64,000 bases of DNA, taken from NCBI GenBank assembly GCA_951406725.2, contig OX597823.1:68076001-68140000 (forward strand). The letters are read 5' to 3'. Position 1 is the first letter of the stretch. Each line of letters opens with the position of its first letter. Source of the stretch: Octopus vulgaris (lineage: Eukaryota). The notes below the pieces were generated by a model. It ran no database searches. It was not told the DNA's origin and saw only the letters and a program-made list of their open reading frames with translations. The position numbers and the translations under genes were made by a program. Below, one piece after another: positions 11,525-24,919 of this stretch.

Positions 11525-11869
11525 GTATCAATAGTATTTACTGAATCTCAGTTTTTATGCGCTAAATCACTGGTGTTAAATTGATATTATTAAATTAATA
11601 TCCAATTTTTTCATCCTCATTTTGATTATATTCATATGTATATATGTACATAGGTACCTATGAATGTAAATACATAAATTCTTATGGTAATGTACTATAT
11701 GATGAAGTATGTCTATCATGTATAATTTTACTCATATTCTGGATATGAATTTCTCAAAACAAGGTCACCAGAGAATCCTCAAACATATAAAAGTCAGATG
11801 TTTATACATATGGATATGAGAAAAATTTTAAAAACTCTGAGCATAGGCATATGTAAGTGTAGGTGTGAA

Positions 11870-12750
11870 GAGGTGTAGGTGTAGTTGGAAAACTTGCTTC
11901 CCTACCATGTGGGTTTGAGGTTAGTCAACTGCATAGTACCTTGCCTGAATGTGTTATTGTTTAGCCCAAAACAGGCTAAAGCCTTATGAGTGGATTTGCT
12001 AGATAGAAACTGAAAGAAGCCCTGTGTTTATATGAATATGTATTAACTTTAGGTGCACAAGGTAGTGCTGAATAAAATTTATGCATGCAAAATCATATTT
12101 AACATGTTTTAGTTCATTTGGACATGGGAAGACCTTTCACTATGAAAATAATCTGGGGAAAAAAATCTGACCCTATAGAAGTGTGGAAACAATTGGGTTC
12201 GCTGGATCAAAGGACATGTAATTCTGCACAGTTACATATCAACAATTACATCCCTGTAAGAACAGTTGTTCTTATATATGGCAAGTGTAATAGTACATTT
12301 GCTGACGTGCACAAAGCTTGGTCAGGCAGGAAATAATTAACTGGAAGCTTATAATGCAGTGCTGAATGAAATATATGTATTTACAATCATATTTAACATG
12401 TTTATGTACACTTAGATGTGATAAAACCAATTACTGCAGATATGTACATGTATGTATGTATGTGTGTGTGTGAGTGTGTGTATGTGTGCCTGTGACTTTG
12501 GATACTCTTGTCTTGACATCACATGATGATTTTAAGCAAGCATCACTGTCATACAAGTGATGCTGTTCATTTCCGATCTCTCATGAAAAATGGGTTTGTG
12601 CATGGGAAAAAAGCACCTTGCTTTAAAACAGGTGTGTGTTGGTAACAGGAACGGCATCTGGTTGTAGAAAAAACTGCCTCAACAAATTCTGTCTGACCCA
12701 TGCAAGCATGAAAAAGTGCATGTTAAAAACAACGATGATGATGATGATTA
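11870..12750 (+). mobile_element. Family A SINE head joined to an RTE-like 3' tail, interrupted by an insertion at about 12045-12440
   Basis: Head at 11870-12030; tail GGAACGGCATCTGGTTGTAGAAA...CCCATGCAAGCATG...(GAT)n at 12640-12750. Confidence 0.6.
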
Positions 12751-13406
12751 AGTCAATAAGAATTTAGACTATTGGTTAAGATGTCATGAGTTAATAATCT
12801 TTTACTGGCACTGTTTCTGCCACATAGAGTGACATGCCTTTGTTCTATATATCATGTAGTAAAACAGGTAAAAAGCAACAACAAAAAAAACAAAGAAAAA
12901 AGATGAATAAGAGTGACTCTTTGGTAAAGCAGACATCTAACAGATGGAAACTGATAGATATTAAAGTGGTTGACAATACAGTTTGACCTTACTTAAATGA
13001 GAAATAAATTACTAAAGAGAAAATGAAATTTCTGTTTTATTGCTGAAGGATATTGATTTCATTTGTTAGGTGTGAGTATATTTCATCAAATTCTTTCTTC
13101 TTTGTTGTTTACTGGTTTTTCAACAGAATGGGAAACAACGTAATAAATTCAACTTAACCTTTTCAGACTTTCTTTGTTGGACATATGAAAGAATTACTTT
13201 GAATAATATTTCATAAAGCGACATCTTCTTATTCTTATTCAATCAGTGTCATTTGGAATAACCATCAAACACAAATCATAGCTATTGGAGCAGTATAAAA
13301 GTACAAATTTAGGCAGACAAAATTTTCTCTTATTTTTTTAACATTTGTCATCTGTATTTTAATTTCTATATGGAATGTCTGCTGGTCTTGTTTTCCAGGA
13401 TGGAAT

Positions 13407-13413
<7 letters not shown>

Positions 13414-13448
<35 letters not shown>

Positions 13449-13560
13449 CATACATACAAACATATATACATACATATATATATAAATATATAATATATAA
13501 ATATATGTTGTGTGTGTATATATATATGTATATATATATATATTTATGTGTGTGTGTGTA
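13414..13560. repeat. Compound (TA)n/(CATA)n/(TG)n microsatellite
   Basis: Read directly from the sequence. Confidence 0.95.
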
Positions 13561-14210
13561 TCAACTGATTGTTTTGATTGTTTTTATCCTATTTTACAAT
13601 ATTTCTTTGAAACAATCAATTTATGAATATGATTGTGAACGCATTTAAATCTGTTTAATCTAGAATTTTGCAGGAATTTCACAACACTGAATCATTTTTC
13701 TGACTTGGATTAAAGAGAAAAGAAATTTAAAATATTGAACACAGGTACAGATGTAGAGACAAAGATACAATTGTAATTTATATTATTATTATTGTAATTA
13801 TTATTATTTCTTTTGTTGTTGTTGTTCCAAACGGAATACCTGAAAGTAGCAGCATTTTCAGTGATAACATAGTATTATAAAAAATCTACTTTGCACTACG
13901 AGAAGATACTTAATAAACCAATCTTTTACATGAAATACAAAGGCCATTGTTCATTAGCTCCCAGGGCAATACTGAACAAAGCATTTTATCACAATCAAAA
14001 GCATTCCAAACATGTTTCTAGTAAAAACCCACATATTTCATAGAACATTCTCTACAGGTTAGCTCGAATTAAAATACATACTGTATTTATTGCATGAATC
14101 TTGTTGATGCATTAAATTTGTTCTGTGAATATGTTATCTTTAACATTCTTTTGTCATATCTCTAGATGAACTCATAACAATTAGAAACAATGAATAACAA
14201 TTACAACTAC

Positions 14211-14213
14211 AAT

Positions 14214-14279
<66 letters not shown>

Positions 14280-14340
14280 AATAATGATAATAATAATAAT
14301 AATAATAATAATGATAATAATAATGAGCTCAATAATAGTA
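14211..14340. repeat. (AAT)n microsatellite
   Basis: Read directly from the sequence. Confidence 0.95.
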
Positions 14341-15587
14341 ATGCTACACATTTCATTTGAATACTAAAGCTGACTGAATTACCTGCCTAGTAGTTATGGA
14401 AATGAAGCAATGAAAGCCAAGATAATTAAAAGAGATGATACTAAAATGTTTTAAGACATTTAATGTAAAATTCTACTGTTTCTAGTACCTCAACTATATC
14501 AATTATAAGATCTACATTTGAAACAAACTTTCAATTGAAAAAAAGCAGTACATTGAGCATTTTTTCATAATAATACTCAAATTACCCTCATCTTTTATGA
14601 GATTAATGAATATCAATTCCCAAGATACAACACAGCTATATCTGCTTCATATATTCATAGTATTCCAATACTTTCCTAATATGTTATCTTTGTTTCCAAG
14701 AAGAGTATCTTAAGAAAGTCCTACGACAAGTAGTTACAAAATGTGTTAACCTGCTATAAGTGGATTATGTTAAGATATGCAAATAGCTCAGAGATACTTC
14801 CTGAAAGACTTGTTCAAGCTTTAAAACACATTTATAGGTTTGAAATTGCCATAAAGAATTGCTTTTTAGCAAACCTAACAGTTCAAATCAATAAATATTA
14901 GAGTTGAAATTAACCAGAATATCCTAAATATATGAGCAAGTGATGTAATCACTGAAGGACTAGATGCGGCATATGTAAAAGTATAAAAACAAAGTAATAT
15001 ATTTGAAGACTGGAAATTACACAGACTAATGAAATGTGTCTAAAACTAAATAAAATAGAACCTCAGTGTAGTATTATATCAACTAAATTTCATAAAATGG
15101 ATTCAAAGAAAGGAAGCACTTTAAATTGGAATCTCATGTAAAACGTGATAGACATTGTATAAGACACTGTAGTAGTAGAGGTTTTAGGTGAGCTCTGTAG
15201 TATCTATAGTTAGTCTAGACATCAACTTCTATAAAAAAAAAAATAAAATAAACTAGTGCTACGGTATTAAAACAGGAAAACAATACAAATACTTCTATAC
15301 AAACAAAAACGAGATTTGTTTAGAATTAGACACATCTCACTTTACATATAGTTTGTTGAAAATGACATGTATCTTAACATGTGAGAAAACCTGATTTTAA
15401 TGAAAATGAATAATCAACTAAGGTGTGGTAAATCTGAAAAATTAAAAATGACTTGGTTACTAAAATTTCTACAAGACCAGGGCTATGTTGCCTCTAAAGA
15501 GTTGCCTCTAACTAAAACCATATACACTGAAAAGAAGACAGAACAGCAAATAATTGCAGATCAGTACCAGTGTCTCACATCTAAATA

Positions 15588-16055
15588 TAACACTGTGTAA
15601 CAAAATTTCTATTTTTTTTTTTTCCTCTTTGGTCAGTAAGTGATATTTTCTTTTTGCTTCTGTCTAGAAATCAAAGGAAATCACTACTATTCCTGACAAA
15701 CATTGCTGGCTGTTGATGTTTTAAAACTGACCTATTTTCCATTACACTTCAGACTGATTCAGTGCTGAGTTGCTGAAGCAGAAATATCATTATAGCAAAT
15801 ATTCTGTTCAATACCACAGATTTGCTTGTCAGCTGCTTGACCTTAATCATGTTCCTTAGCAACTAACAATGTGTATCTCTGATGATGAGCAGGAATAGTG
15901 GTGGAGCATCACAGCTATGTGTTGAGAGGGATTCTTTGGGGTTTAAATAAATCTAACAAATGCAAAGTTTGAAGGAAATATTAGCTATTTCTCATACTTT
16001 CTATGGGTAAACAAATAGGAAATAACAGATGCTACCTAAGGACATAAATTGGTTA
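15588..16055 (+). mobile_element. MITE-like dispersed element of about 470 bp (copy at 48811-49290)
   Basis: End-to-end similarity with 48811-49290; short termini TAACAC...G(T)GTTA. Confidence 0.7.
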
Positions 16056-17589
16056 TATTCAAGAAAGTAAATCATAAGTTTACATATATGAAAGCTAAAT
16101 TTAGCAAATATTTCATAAAAATAACTTTCTGATATATTGCTGGGCCTGTTTGCTGGATGAGTAGGATGGGATGTCACAGTTTGAGTCAGTTCTTATTTGG
16201 ACTTACTGCCCTTCTAGACTGGTTGAAAAATCATGATTGGCTGATACATTTCATTTTTGACTTCGTTTTTGTAGTTGGATGCCCACATTTTATCATGGAG
16301 GCAGCAAGTCATCTTGACTCACATTGTCCATCCATTCACCACCAACTTACAATGTGTCTTGATTGGATTATAGACTATAAGGCTACACAAGATGGATTGC
16401 CTTGTATTTATAAGATTAGAGTCTTCACCTCTCTATGATGTGCTCATTCACTCAAAATTACATGGCTGAGGAAGAGTAATGATAGGTGAAGAAGTATGGT
16501 ATGATGGTAGAAATAGAATGTATGGAGTGAGATGATTGTAGGTGGGGAGAGGAAAAGATGGATAGTAACAGATGTAGATAAAGGGTAAGGCTGAATGATG
16601 GATGTCAATAACAAAGGGTCTAAAGTGGATGAGAAACTGATGGCCTGAAGCAGATGGGTATACTGGGTTTTGTATATTTTACCCCAGAAGGGCAATATTA
16701 GATTGTTTGGGGTGCTTCTAGATCTGATGTATGGTGAATAGGAGAGATCCACTGCAATTCTTAGTTATCTTGGCAGCACAGTACAGGGAAAGAGAAAAGA
16801 AAGTGATAAAAAGATGATGACAGAAGAATGAGAAATAGAATGATAAATAATATCTTTCTATTGAAAATGAGTTCCTTTTCAAGTTTGAGCTATTTTTGGT
16901 TTATTTTATATATTCTTTTCTAGTTTGATGAATAACTCCAATTTCTGATTTGACTATCTCTATTAGATTATCTGTGACATTATCTGCATACATTTCTTTG
17001 TCTAATGGCTGTATCCAATATATACATGATTTTTATTACAGCAACATAAAGAAAAACTAAGTGAAATGTGAATAAAATCTTGCTATTGAAAACTTAGCTG
17101 ATAAGCAACCATTTTCAGAGATCACTGAACATCATCAACTTTTATCATCTAAAGTTCTGTTGATGAAACAATGGCAAGGGTTACTAATAATCTGTCTTTC
17201 AATAAAAACTGAATGATCTAGTTTGATCACAGTAACAATTATCAAAATGAATCAGTTTCACAAATAACCAAAATGTCCTTCCATGGAAATCACATGTTCA
17301 TAAAGCATCATAAATCTATGAAGGATACATTCTAGTATTTATCCAATAAATTTACTAAAATGAATTTTCTAACATGGTCTAATAAGGTATGATTTTGAAG
17401 AAATTATACAGATACTGCAATTTAGCAACTGAAACAATAAATCTGACATAATAAAGTAATAATATTGTTGCTGTTTTTGTTATTTAGCCCCCTCTCCACC
17501 CCACTCCATCACTCATCTCAGTTAAGCAGATTAATGATAAAAGATATGCCCACTACAACAGTTTACATTTTAATATATTTAGGACTACA

Positions 17590-17812
17590 TTGCCTATTGG
17601 TTTCAAATTCTAGTACAAGACCAGCAATTTTGAGTGAGGTTGTAATTTGATTACATCGACTCCAGTACTCAGCTGGTATTTGTTTTATTGACTGTGAAAG
17701 GATAAAAGATAAAGTCAACCTTGGCAGAATTTGAACACAGAATATAAAGATGGATGAAACACTGCTAAACATTTTGCCTGGTATGTTAACGAGTCTGCCA
17801 GTTCACCACTTT
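17590..17812 (-). mobile_element. Family B SINE
   Basis: Reverse complement of the 1-110 and 21360-21575 motifs. Confidence 0.7.
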
Positions 17813-19687
17813 AATTCAAGCTGGTATTAACATCCAGTTAAGATAATTGATATAAATACATAAGCCATTCCAGTTGTAAACTGGAATTTTAAGTGAATTG
17901 AAGAGCTTTATTCATTGCCACTCTTGGAGGCAGTAAAATGTAAATTGATTGGCTCAGTAAGGAAATATGAAGAACACTAAATCATTTTCTCTATATCTCA
18001 GGAAACAATATGATACAAATTAGAAACTAATTCAGCAAGTTTAGGTAAAAGCAAAGCAATTAAAAAAAGAGAGAATGATACAATTAAAATAGAAATGTCA
18101 TAGTAGAAACCCTCTCCATGGTGAATATCCTGCAATACTCAATGTAGATGAAATAAGTTGGTATGAAAGTCAAAAGTGGTTTAAAAGTTCTAGAATAAAA
18201 GCAGAAAGAGAAGGCCTGATTATACTGATTATAATGCTACAGAATCAATGCCTAGTCATAAAATTAATAATAACTAAACTGATAATAAAATAAGAGACTT
18301 GTATCAATTGCAGACTATACAATAACCCCAATTTTGTTTTAAAATAGCACATATTCTATATAATCATCACTTAAGACAATAATATAATCCAGAAGACAAA
18401 CAAACAAAACTTAAAGAGTAACAAGGAAACAAACTTTCACAACAAAACAAATTAGAAGTAACATACACACAACAAACTAGAAGACCATGCTGCACACACC
18501 TTAGAAATACAGAGATGCAACTGATAGTGCAATAGAAGCTCATATGAAACCATTGGAAATATAATGACATTAATTACATCTATGAACAAGAATATTAATA
18601 ACAATTATAACTAGCATAATATGAAATAAAAATAAACAGAAATTTAATAATTTCATATTGTGCAAAGGGAATATATATTTTATAGGTATATTTTTCATAT
18701 TTCTCAAATTAATGATGCAAATCTACAGAGATAATCTAATTACAGTGATAAGGTAAAGAATTCGGAAGATGGATCATGAATACAAATATGTTAGATAATT
18801 GTGTTCATGAAACCATGAAAACATTTTCCTAATGAGAAACAAGATATGCAGATAATTTATATATTTTTAGTATTTAATATATGTGTGTCTAAATAAATAC
18901 AATTATATATAATTTATATATATAGATGTGTGTGTGTGTGTGTATAAATATATGTATATATACATATATATCATTCAACTATGGTAGTAGTTGAATAATA
19001 TTCTTAAGGTCACAATTTACTCACATGCAGCATCTTTCAGAGCTTCTTGCTAATTCAGTTCTTAACCAAATGGGAAACTGTTAACATGTTTGAAGAGGAC
19101 TGGTCCCTAGCTACATTTTGACATACAAAATTTTGAGATTTGCTCCAGTTGAAAAAAGTTTACATCAAAATTTGTAGCGACATTATAGGAGAGTAAGTAA
19201 CACCACCAATCAAGTTTAGATCTAAATAACTTTTTTATTTTAAAAGCAAAATATATTTATCTTAGCTTTAATGAGAGAAGAAAGCATGAAGAATTTCATA
19301 GTTTTGATCCCATGCAACAAAAATTTATATCAAAAAGTTGTGAGGTAAAATATCATGAAAAAATATAAGGCAAAAAAGTGGATTTAAGTATAATTAACTT
19401 TTACAATTTAAAAACAAACTATATTTTAATTAAGCTTAAAGGATAGAGCTCAATTCAATGAATTTCATAGAATCCACCTCATGTAATGAAATAAAAAAAA
19501 GTTTTGAGTGTTTGTTTCTCAAATTTGAGGGTGATAATGTAGTTCTATACTTTTTATGAATATATTTCTATAAGGGACTTTTTATATATGTCATGAGCAT
19601 CATTAAGGTAAGGAAAAAATTATCAACAACACCACTAATTGACACATTATTAATTAGCATAAAAGCATAGCCTGGAAAAAACATCTA

Positions 19688-20121
19688 TTACATGGAAAAA
19701 TGCAAGCAAGAGAAATAATATTCTTAAGATTATAAATCTGGAAAATTACAGGACAAGTTATACTTGGAAAAGTTCAGGACAAGTTATTAAATCTGGTAAA
19801 GTACAGAACAAGAAAATTTTTACTTAAAACATTGCAGCTAAGGATAAAATATTTTGAGTTATTTTTCATTTTTAATAGAACAAGTAATAACTTGTAATAA
19901 AATTTTTAGCTTTAATAAAAGCTAATATTTTCTAAGCCTAAATATTTTATTTGAAATTTTATCCTTAGCTGTAATATTTTAAGCAAAAATGTTCTTGTTC
20001 TGTACTTTACCAGATGTAATAATTTGTCCTGAACTTTTCCAAGTGTAATAACTTGTCCTGTACTTTTCCAGATTTATAATCTTAAGAATATTATTTCTCT
20101 TACTTGCATTTTTCCATGTAA
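19688..20121. mobile_element. Foldback/MITE-like element with inverted arms of about 165 bp and internal subrepeats
   Basis: Arms 19688-19850 and 19956-20121; three GGAAAAGTACAGGACAAG-like subrepeats per arm; TA at both outer ends. Confidence 0.75.
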
Positions 20122-20133
20122 AATATGTATGTA

Positions 20134-20173
<40 letters not shown>

Positions 20174-20634
20174 TACACACACATATGAACACACATTATA
20201 TATTCCCTATATATATGTGTGTGTGTGTGTGAGAGTATGTATGTACATATACATACACAACCATGCTCACTGACAGTTTATATACATATGTGTATGTATG
20301 GGTGTCCACACACACATACATACACATATAGACTAAGGATGTGTGTGTGTGCCCATGTATAAAAGTTGCTAGAAGCCCCCAGAGAATAAAAGCAAGACCT
20401 TTCAAAAGAATACATGAATCCAGTTTAGAATCAATGACCATTTAGCAATAGTTAGAGTAGGCAAGTATTATCTTGGAAATTTTTCAAAAGGTTATCAAAA
20501 ATAGGTAGTTGTGTCATATTACCTGTACTATTGTGATTATATATGCTATTCTGTGTATTCTTTGTCCTCAGTCCACTTAGGCATACGTTTAGTATTATTA
20601 GAAAAACTTCAGGAAAGGGAAACTTTATATATAA

Positions 20635-20947
20635 CTAGCAGTATCGCCCGGCGTTGCTCGGGTTTGTAAGGGAAATAACTATATAAGCATTTTTAGAGAG
20701 TTATAGCCAAAAAATAGCAAAAAAAAATGCATTAAAATTGGAAAAAAAATTATGGTAAATTTTTTTTTAAATCGTTGACTCATCGTAGACATTTTTAGAG
20801 AGTTACTTCCCTTATATAATAGAAAATGATTAAATGGAAAAAAAATGCATTAAAATGGAAAAAAATGATGGTAAATTTTTTGCACCGCAAAGATAGTTAG
20901 GACTCATCGTAGAGACAGACACACAACTTCTCTTTTATATATAAAGA
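20635..20947 (-). mobile_element. Non-autonomous Helitron
   Basis: Minus strand A|TCTTTATATATAAAAG at the 5' end; GC hairpin CCCGAGCAACGCCGGG (20647-20662) 8 nt before the terminal CTAG|T; inserted between A and T with no TSD. Confidence 0.85.
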
Positions 20948-21359
20948 TGTGGACTAATACCCAGAAGACCAGCATCAATCTCCCTTCCCTATCAGGTGTC
21001 AGTTTGTGAATGGTATATGTCACATTGAGTACCAGATCAGATTACACAATTAGCAGGAGAAAGTGGAGTAGACTCTAAACAAATATGTCTCCTTTTAAAA
21101 CAAACTATTTCTGCAAAGTGAGCACCCATGTCAGGGAATCCATTAAAGAAAAGCTGTGCAAGAGGGGAATGAAAAACTTTATCTCAGATTTTGAACTTCA
21201 AAAAATAACTGACAAAGGAAGACAATTGTGGAATGCTGCATTGGAAAGGACCTGTCTAATCCATACAAGCATAAAAGAATGAAAGTTAAAAACGATGATC
21301 TCCATGATGATGTATAAGAAACTGCTCAAATTAAATTCTTTCATATGAAAATGAACTAA

Positions 21360-21575
21360 GGTTGAAAGGTGTGCTGGCAGAATTGTTACCTCACCAAACA
21401 AAATGCTTAATGACATTTCTTCCACCTTTAAATTTTGAGTTAAAATGCCACCAGGGTTGACTTTGCCTCTCACCCTTTCAGAGTTGATAAAATATGTACC
21501 AATTGAGTATTGGGATCGATGTAATTGACTTATCTCCTTCCCTAAAATTGCTGTCTTTGTGCCAAATTTTGAAAT
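21360..21575 (+). mobile_element. Family B SINE
   Basis: GCTGGCAGAATTGTTA head...GTGCCAAATTTTGAAA end. Confidence 0.75.
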
Positions 21576-21632
21576 CAAAATTATCAAAGATTGAATAAGG
21601 TAAATTCTTAAAATTATCTCTCAGCTAATTAA

Positions 21633-21790
21633 GGTGCAGGTGGGGCTGCGTGGTAAGAGGTTTACTTTCCAGTCACACAGTTCCAGGTTCAGTCCAACAG
21701 TGTGGCACCTTGAGCAAGAGTGTTCTCCTATAGCCTCAGGCCGATCAAAATGTGAGTAGCTACAGTAGATGGAAACTAAAACAAGCCTAT

Positions 21791-21831
<41 letters not shown>

Positions 21832-22100
21832 ACACATATATATTATATATATAAACGCACATACACATAGGTTTGTGTATATGTAACTTTATGTCTGTGT
21901 TTGTCCCCCACCACTGCCTGACAGCATGTGTTGGTGTGTTTATGTCCCCAAAATCTAGCAGTTTGACGAGAGAGACCATTAGAATATGTACCAGACTTTA
22001 AAAAATAAGTACTGGGGTCAATTTGTTTGACTATAATTTGTCAAGGCAGTGCCCTAGAAGGCTGCAGTCTAATGACTGAAACAAGCAAAAGATAAAAATA
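21633..22100 (+). mobile_element. Family A tRNA/CORE SINE
   Basis: GGTGCAGGTGGGGCTGCGTGGTAAG head, GGTTCAGTCC B box, internal (CA)n, GACTGAAACAAG tail. Confidence 0.8.
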
Positions 22101-22769
22101 AAACATAACTGCAACTACTACAATCTGATATACATTTTGATTCCCTTTCATCATTTGTATATGAATCCATGCCAAGGCTAAAGCATTTATTTCTCAATTA
22201 AACTGATGACAGGTTTCTGAATCTGTCCTTCAAATCATTTCTAATCTCTCTGAAGCTGTTCAATTTCTCAAAGCATAACACTGATGAAAGCAATATATGA
22301 TTCTATATTAATGATCAAACTCTTTCTCTCTATACTTACTCTCCAGTGATATTTCTGTTAGTTTCCTTATAGATACATCAGAAAATTCAATTACTTTTGA
22401 ATATAGTGAAGGACAGGTAATTTACAGCTCAAAATTTCTTTCTAACCCCAAACACATTATTACCGATTTTCTGGTTGCAGTTAGGCATGTCACTGTAAAT
22501 ACTGGTGCTCTACTATCTGTTCAAATCATGACACGACTTTCATGCTAATAAATCATTTTCAGCCTTACATCTGTTTTCCAAACTAGTATGAGTGGTGTGT
22601 TTTATGTTGAAGCTATTATCTTTAGAAACAGAATGCTCTTTCTACTGCTGGCAGCTTAACTGTGAAGTAGGAATAAAATGTTGGTGTTATTCCTGAAAAT
22701 TGGAGCAAGTGAGTTAGGTGCCTTTGTCAGAAACACTACAAAGTAGTTTTAGCAGAAAGATTTGAAGTA

Positions 22770-23195
22770 CAGGTCGTCATCGACTTACAACCACAATTGG
22801 TTCTGATAAGTCAGCCTACAGGTCTACATAGCTTTGTTTATATTCTTACATTTTTAAGGTAATTCTTAGGTAAAAGTCACACACAGCATTCTGTATTATA
22901 CAATTATACTGGCATTAGTCAAAAGTTTCAGAGTTTCAAACAGTCACCTTATAAACAAATATGAGGTTGATTTGATGTCTCCATGACAGGATATTCATCC
23001 AACTCTTGGGATAACTACAGAGGCATTTGATAACCAAACCTAGGGGAAGCATTTGCTAGCTGACATCACCCATAGATGGGTTAATTTCTAAGAAATTAAA
23101 CCCATTCGATTTCAACTGGACTATTTATTATTGCTGCTGGGAGCTGGCACACCAATCATCGTAAAGATGACTGGTCGTAAATCGACAACAACCTG
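22770..23195. mobile_element. Tc1/mariner-pogo (Tigger-like) MITE
   Basis: 24-bp TIRs CAGGTCGTCATCGACTTACAACCA / TGGTCGTAAATCGACAACAACCTG, flanked by TA on both sides. Confidence 0.85.
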
Positions 23196-24086
23196 TAACA
23201 GTTTTGTTGTTGACGAAGGCCATCTTCAATGAACAAACACCAGTATCAAACTGGTACTCCAACTGAGAGGTATAAAAGACAAAGTTTTATTTTTCAAAAA
23301 TTTAATTCGAACTGTAAAAAAAAAAAATGCAAAAAGAATAAAATAAAAAAAATATAAGTAAATATAGCAAGACATTTAGTCAGACAGTAGCTTCATTATT
23401 GTTTACATATCTAATGTGAAAACATTAAAAAGATAATTAGAAATAATTATGCAGTGAAGGAAAAAACATTATAAGTGAATGATTAATAACCATTTTTAAT
23501 TAATTTGGCAAGCATGTTGACATCTATGCTTATCTATTGTTCTTTCATGTGGATGATGTCTGTGAGTAATTATTTATTCTCTTAACAATTGTTTCTATGC
23601 CAACTATTTCACAATCTTGAACATTTATATTGTGATTTTTGTTATACTTTGTTTAGTATGATGTAAAATCACTATTCTTTATTTATTATGTCATATTAAG
23701 ACTTAATTATCTCCAGAGTTGTCTCATATATGGAATAAAATAATGAAAATAATAAGACTGTAACATTTTGTACCCCAAAATATGCTTTAGTGGATGCAAT
23801 TTTGTTTGACCATAACCCTGGAAATTTTTGTTTGACCACATGGTTTTATGTTTACAGTTTAAACTAACGATGTTTCGGCCAATTAGCAAGCTATAAATAC
23901 AAAACCACGTGATTCTCTGCTTTTGCATCTTTAAGGGGTATAATCAAATAAATATGCACATAGTAAAGCATATTTTAGGATCTTTGTGGTTCTAATCACT
24001 GTTTACAATTTTGTTCCAGATGTTTTCAAATTTGGTATATGGATTAAGCTTTGTATACTAATTATGAAAAGGAAATGAATTTTTCT

Positions 24087-24362
24087 TATAAACCCAGCCT
24101 TTAGAATTTGCAACATTTGGGTATTGTAGCCAATCAGAAGCAAGTATTTTACATATCACTGTGGTAAAAATTTCTATTTCCATAGTAACAAAAGCAAAGA
24201 AGCACCATGTGATGCATAGCTGATTGCAAAGAACTGTTTCCATAGTAACCAAAGATGCTGTGCATGTGCACAAAGAGGGGAAGGAGATACAAGAAAGATA
24301 ATTTATTTTATAAAATCCCTGATGATGAAAGAAGCAGTGAACGTGCTGTTTTTTGATTGGCT
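24087..24362. promoter_or_regulatory. Candidate RFX (X-box) and NF-Y (CCAAT) cis-regulatory module
   Basis: AGCCAATCAG 24128-24137; (A/G)TTTCCATAGTAAC at 24176-24189 and 24236-24249; TGATTGGCT 24354-24362. Confidence 0.4.
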
Positions 24363-24919
24363 GAAAATTCAGAAAATTATTAAACTTTGAATACTTGTAA
24401 CATTTTTGCAAAATTTTTCTAGAATATATGAATAAAAATCTGGATTTAGTATCAAAAGTTACATCTATACGATACATTAAAAAATTGTTTTGAATATAAT
24501 TATAACAGTGATGAAAACCACAAAGATCCTCAAATAGATATGCAGACACTAAAGCATATTTGTGGATTCAAAGAATTAAATAAACGCTAAGGAAGCATCA
24601 CAAATTTATTGCCAACATATTGGTAATTAATGTATACTATCAATTTTGTATTGCTATATAAATGTAGTCATATCAAGACTGATTTTGTTTACATGATAGT
24701 ACCTCTACATCTAGCAGCAACTAAGAGGTAGTGTACAACTTCCAACAAGGCTTGAACAAAAAGCCAAAACTTGCCAGACAATCTTACTTTCTAGTTGCTT
24801 AACCATATGGTCTATTTTCGAAATGTGTCAAAATATATGTTTACTAAAGTTATGTTGTAACTTTGGTTACAAATGTAATTTCAAACATTCTCTGTTGGCT
24901 CAAGGTTATACATATATCT

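Noticed and set aside
13800-13840. Possible minus-strand terminal exon (tttcag|GTATTCCGTTTGGAACAACAA...)
   Set aside because: Weak pyrimidine tract, a very short low-complexity peptide and no linked exon.
24058-24549. 163-aa minus-strand ORF
   Set aside because: GTG start, AT-driven composition and no recognisable domain.
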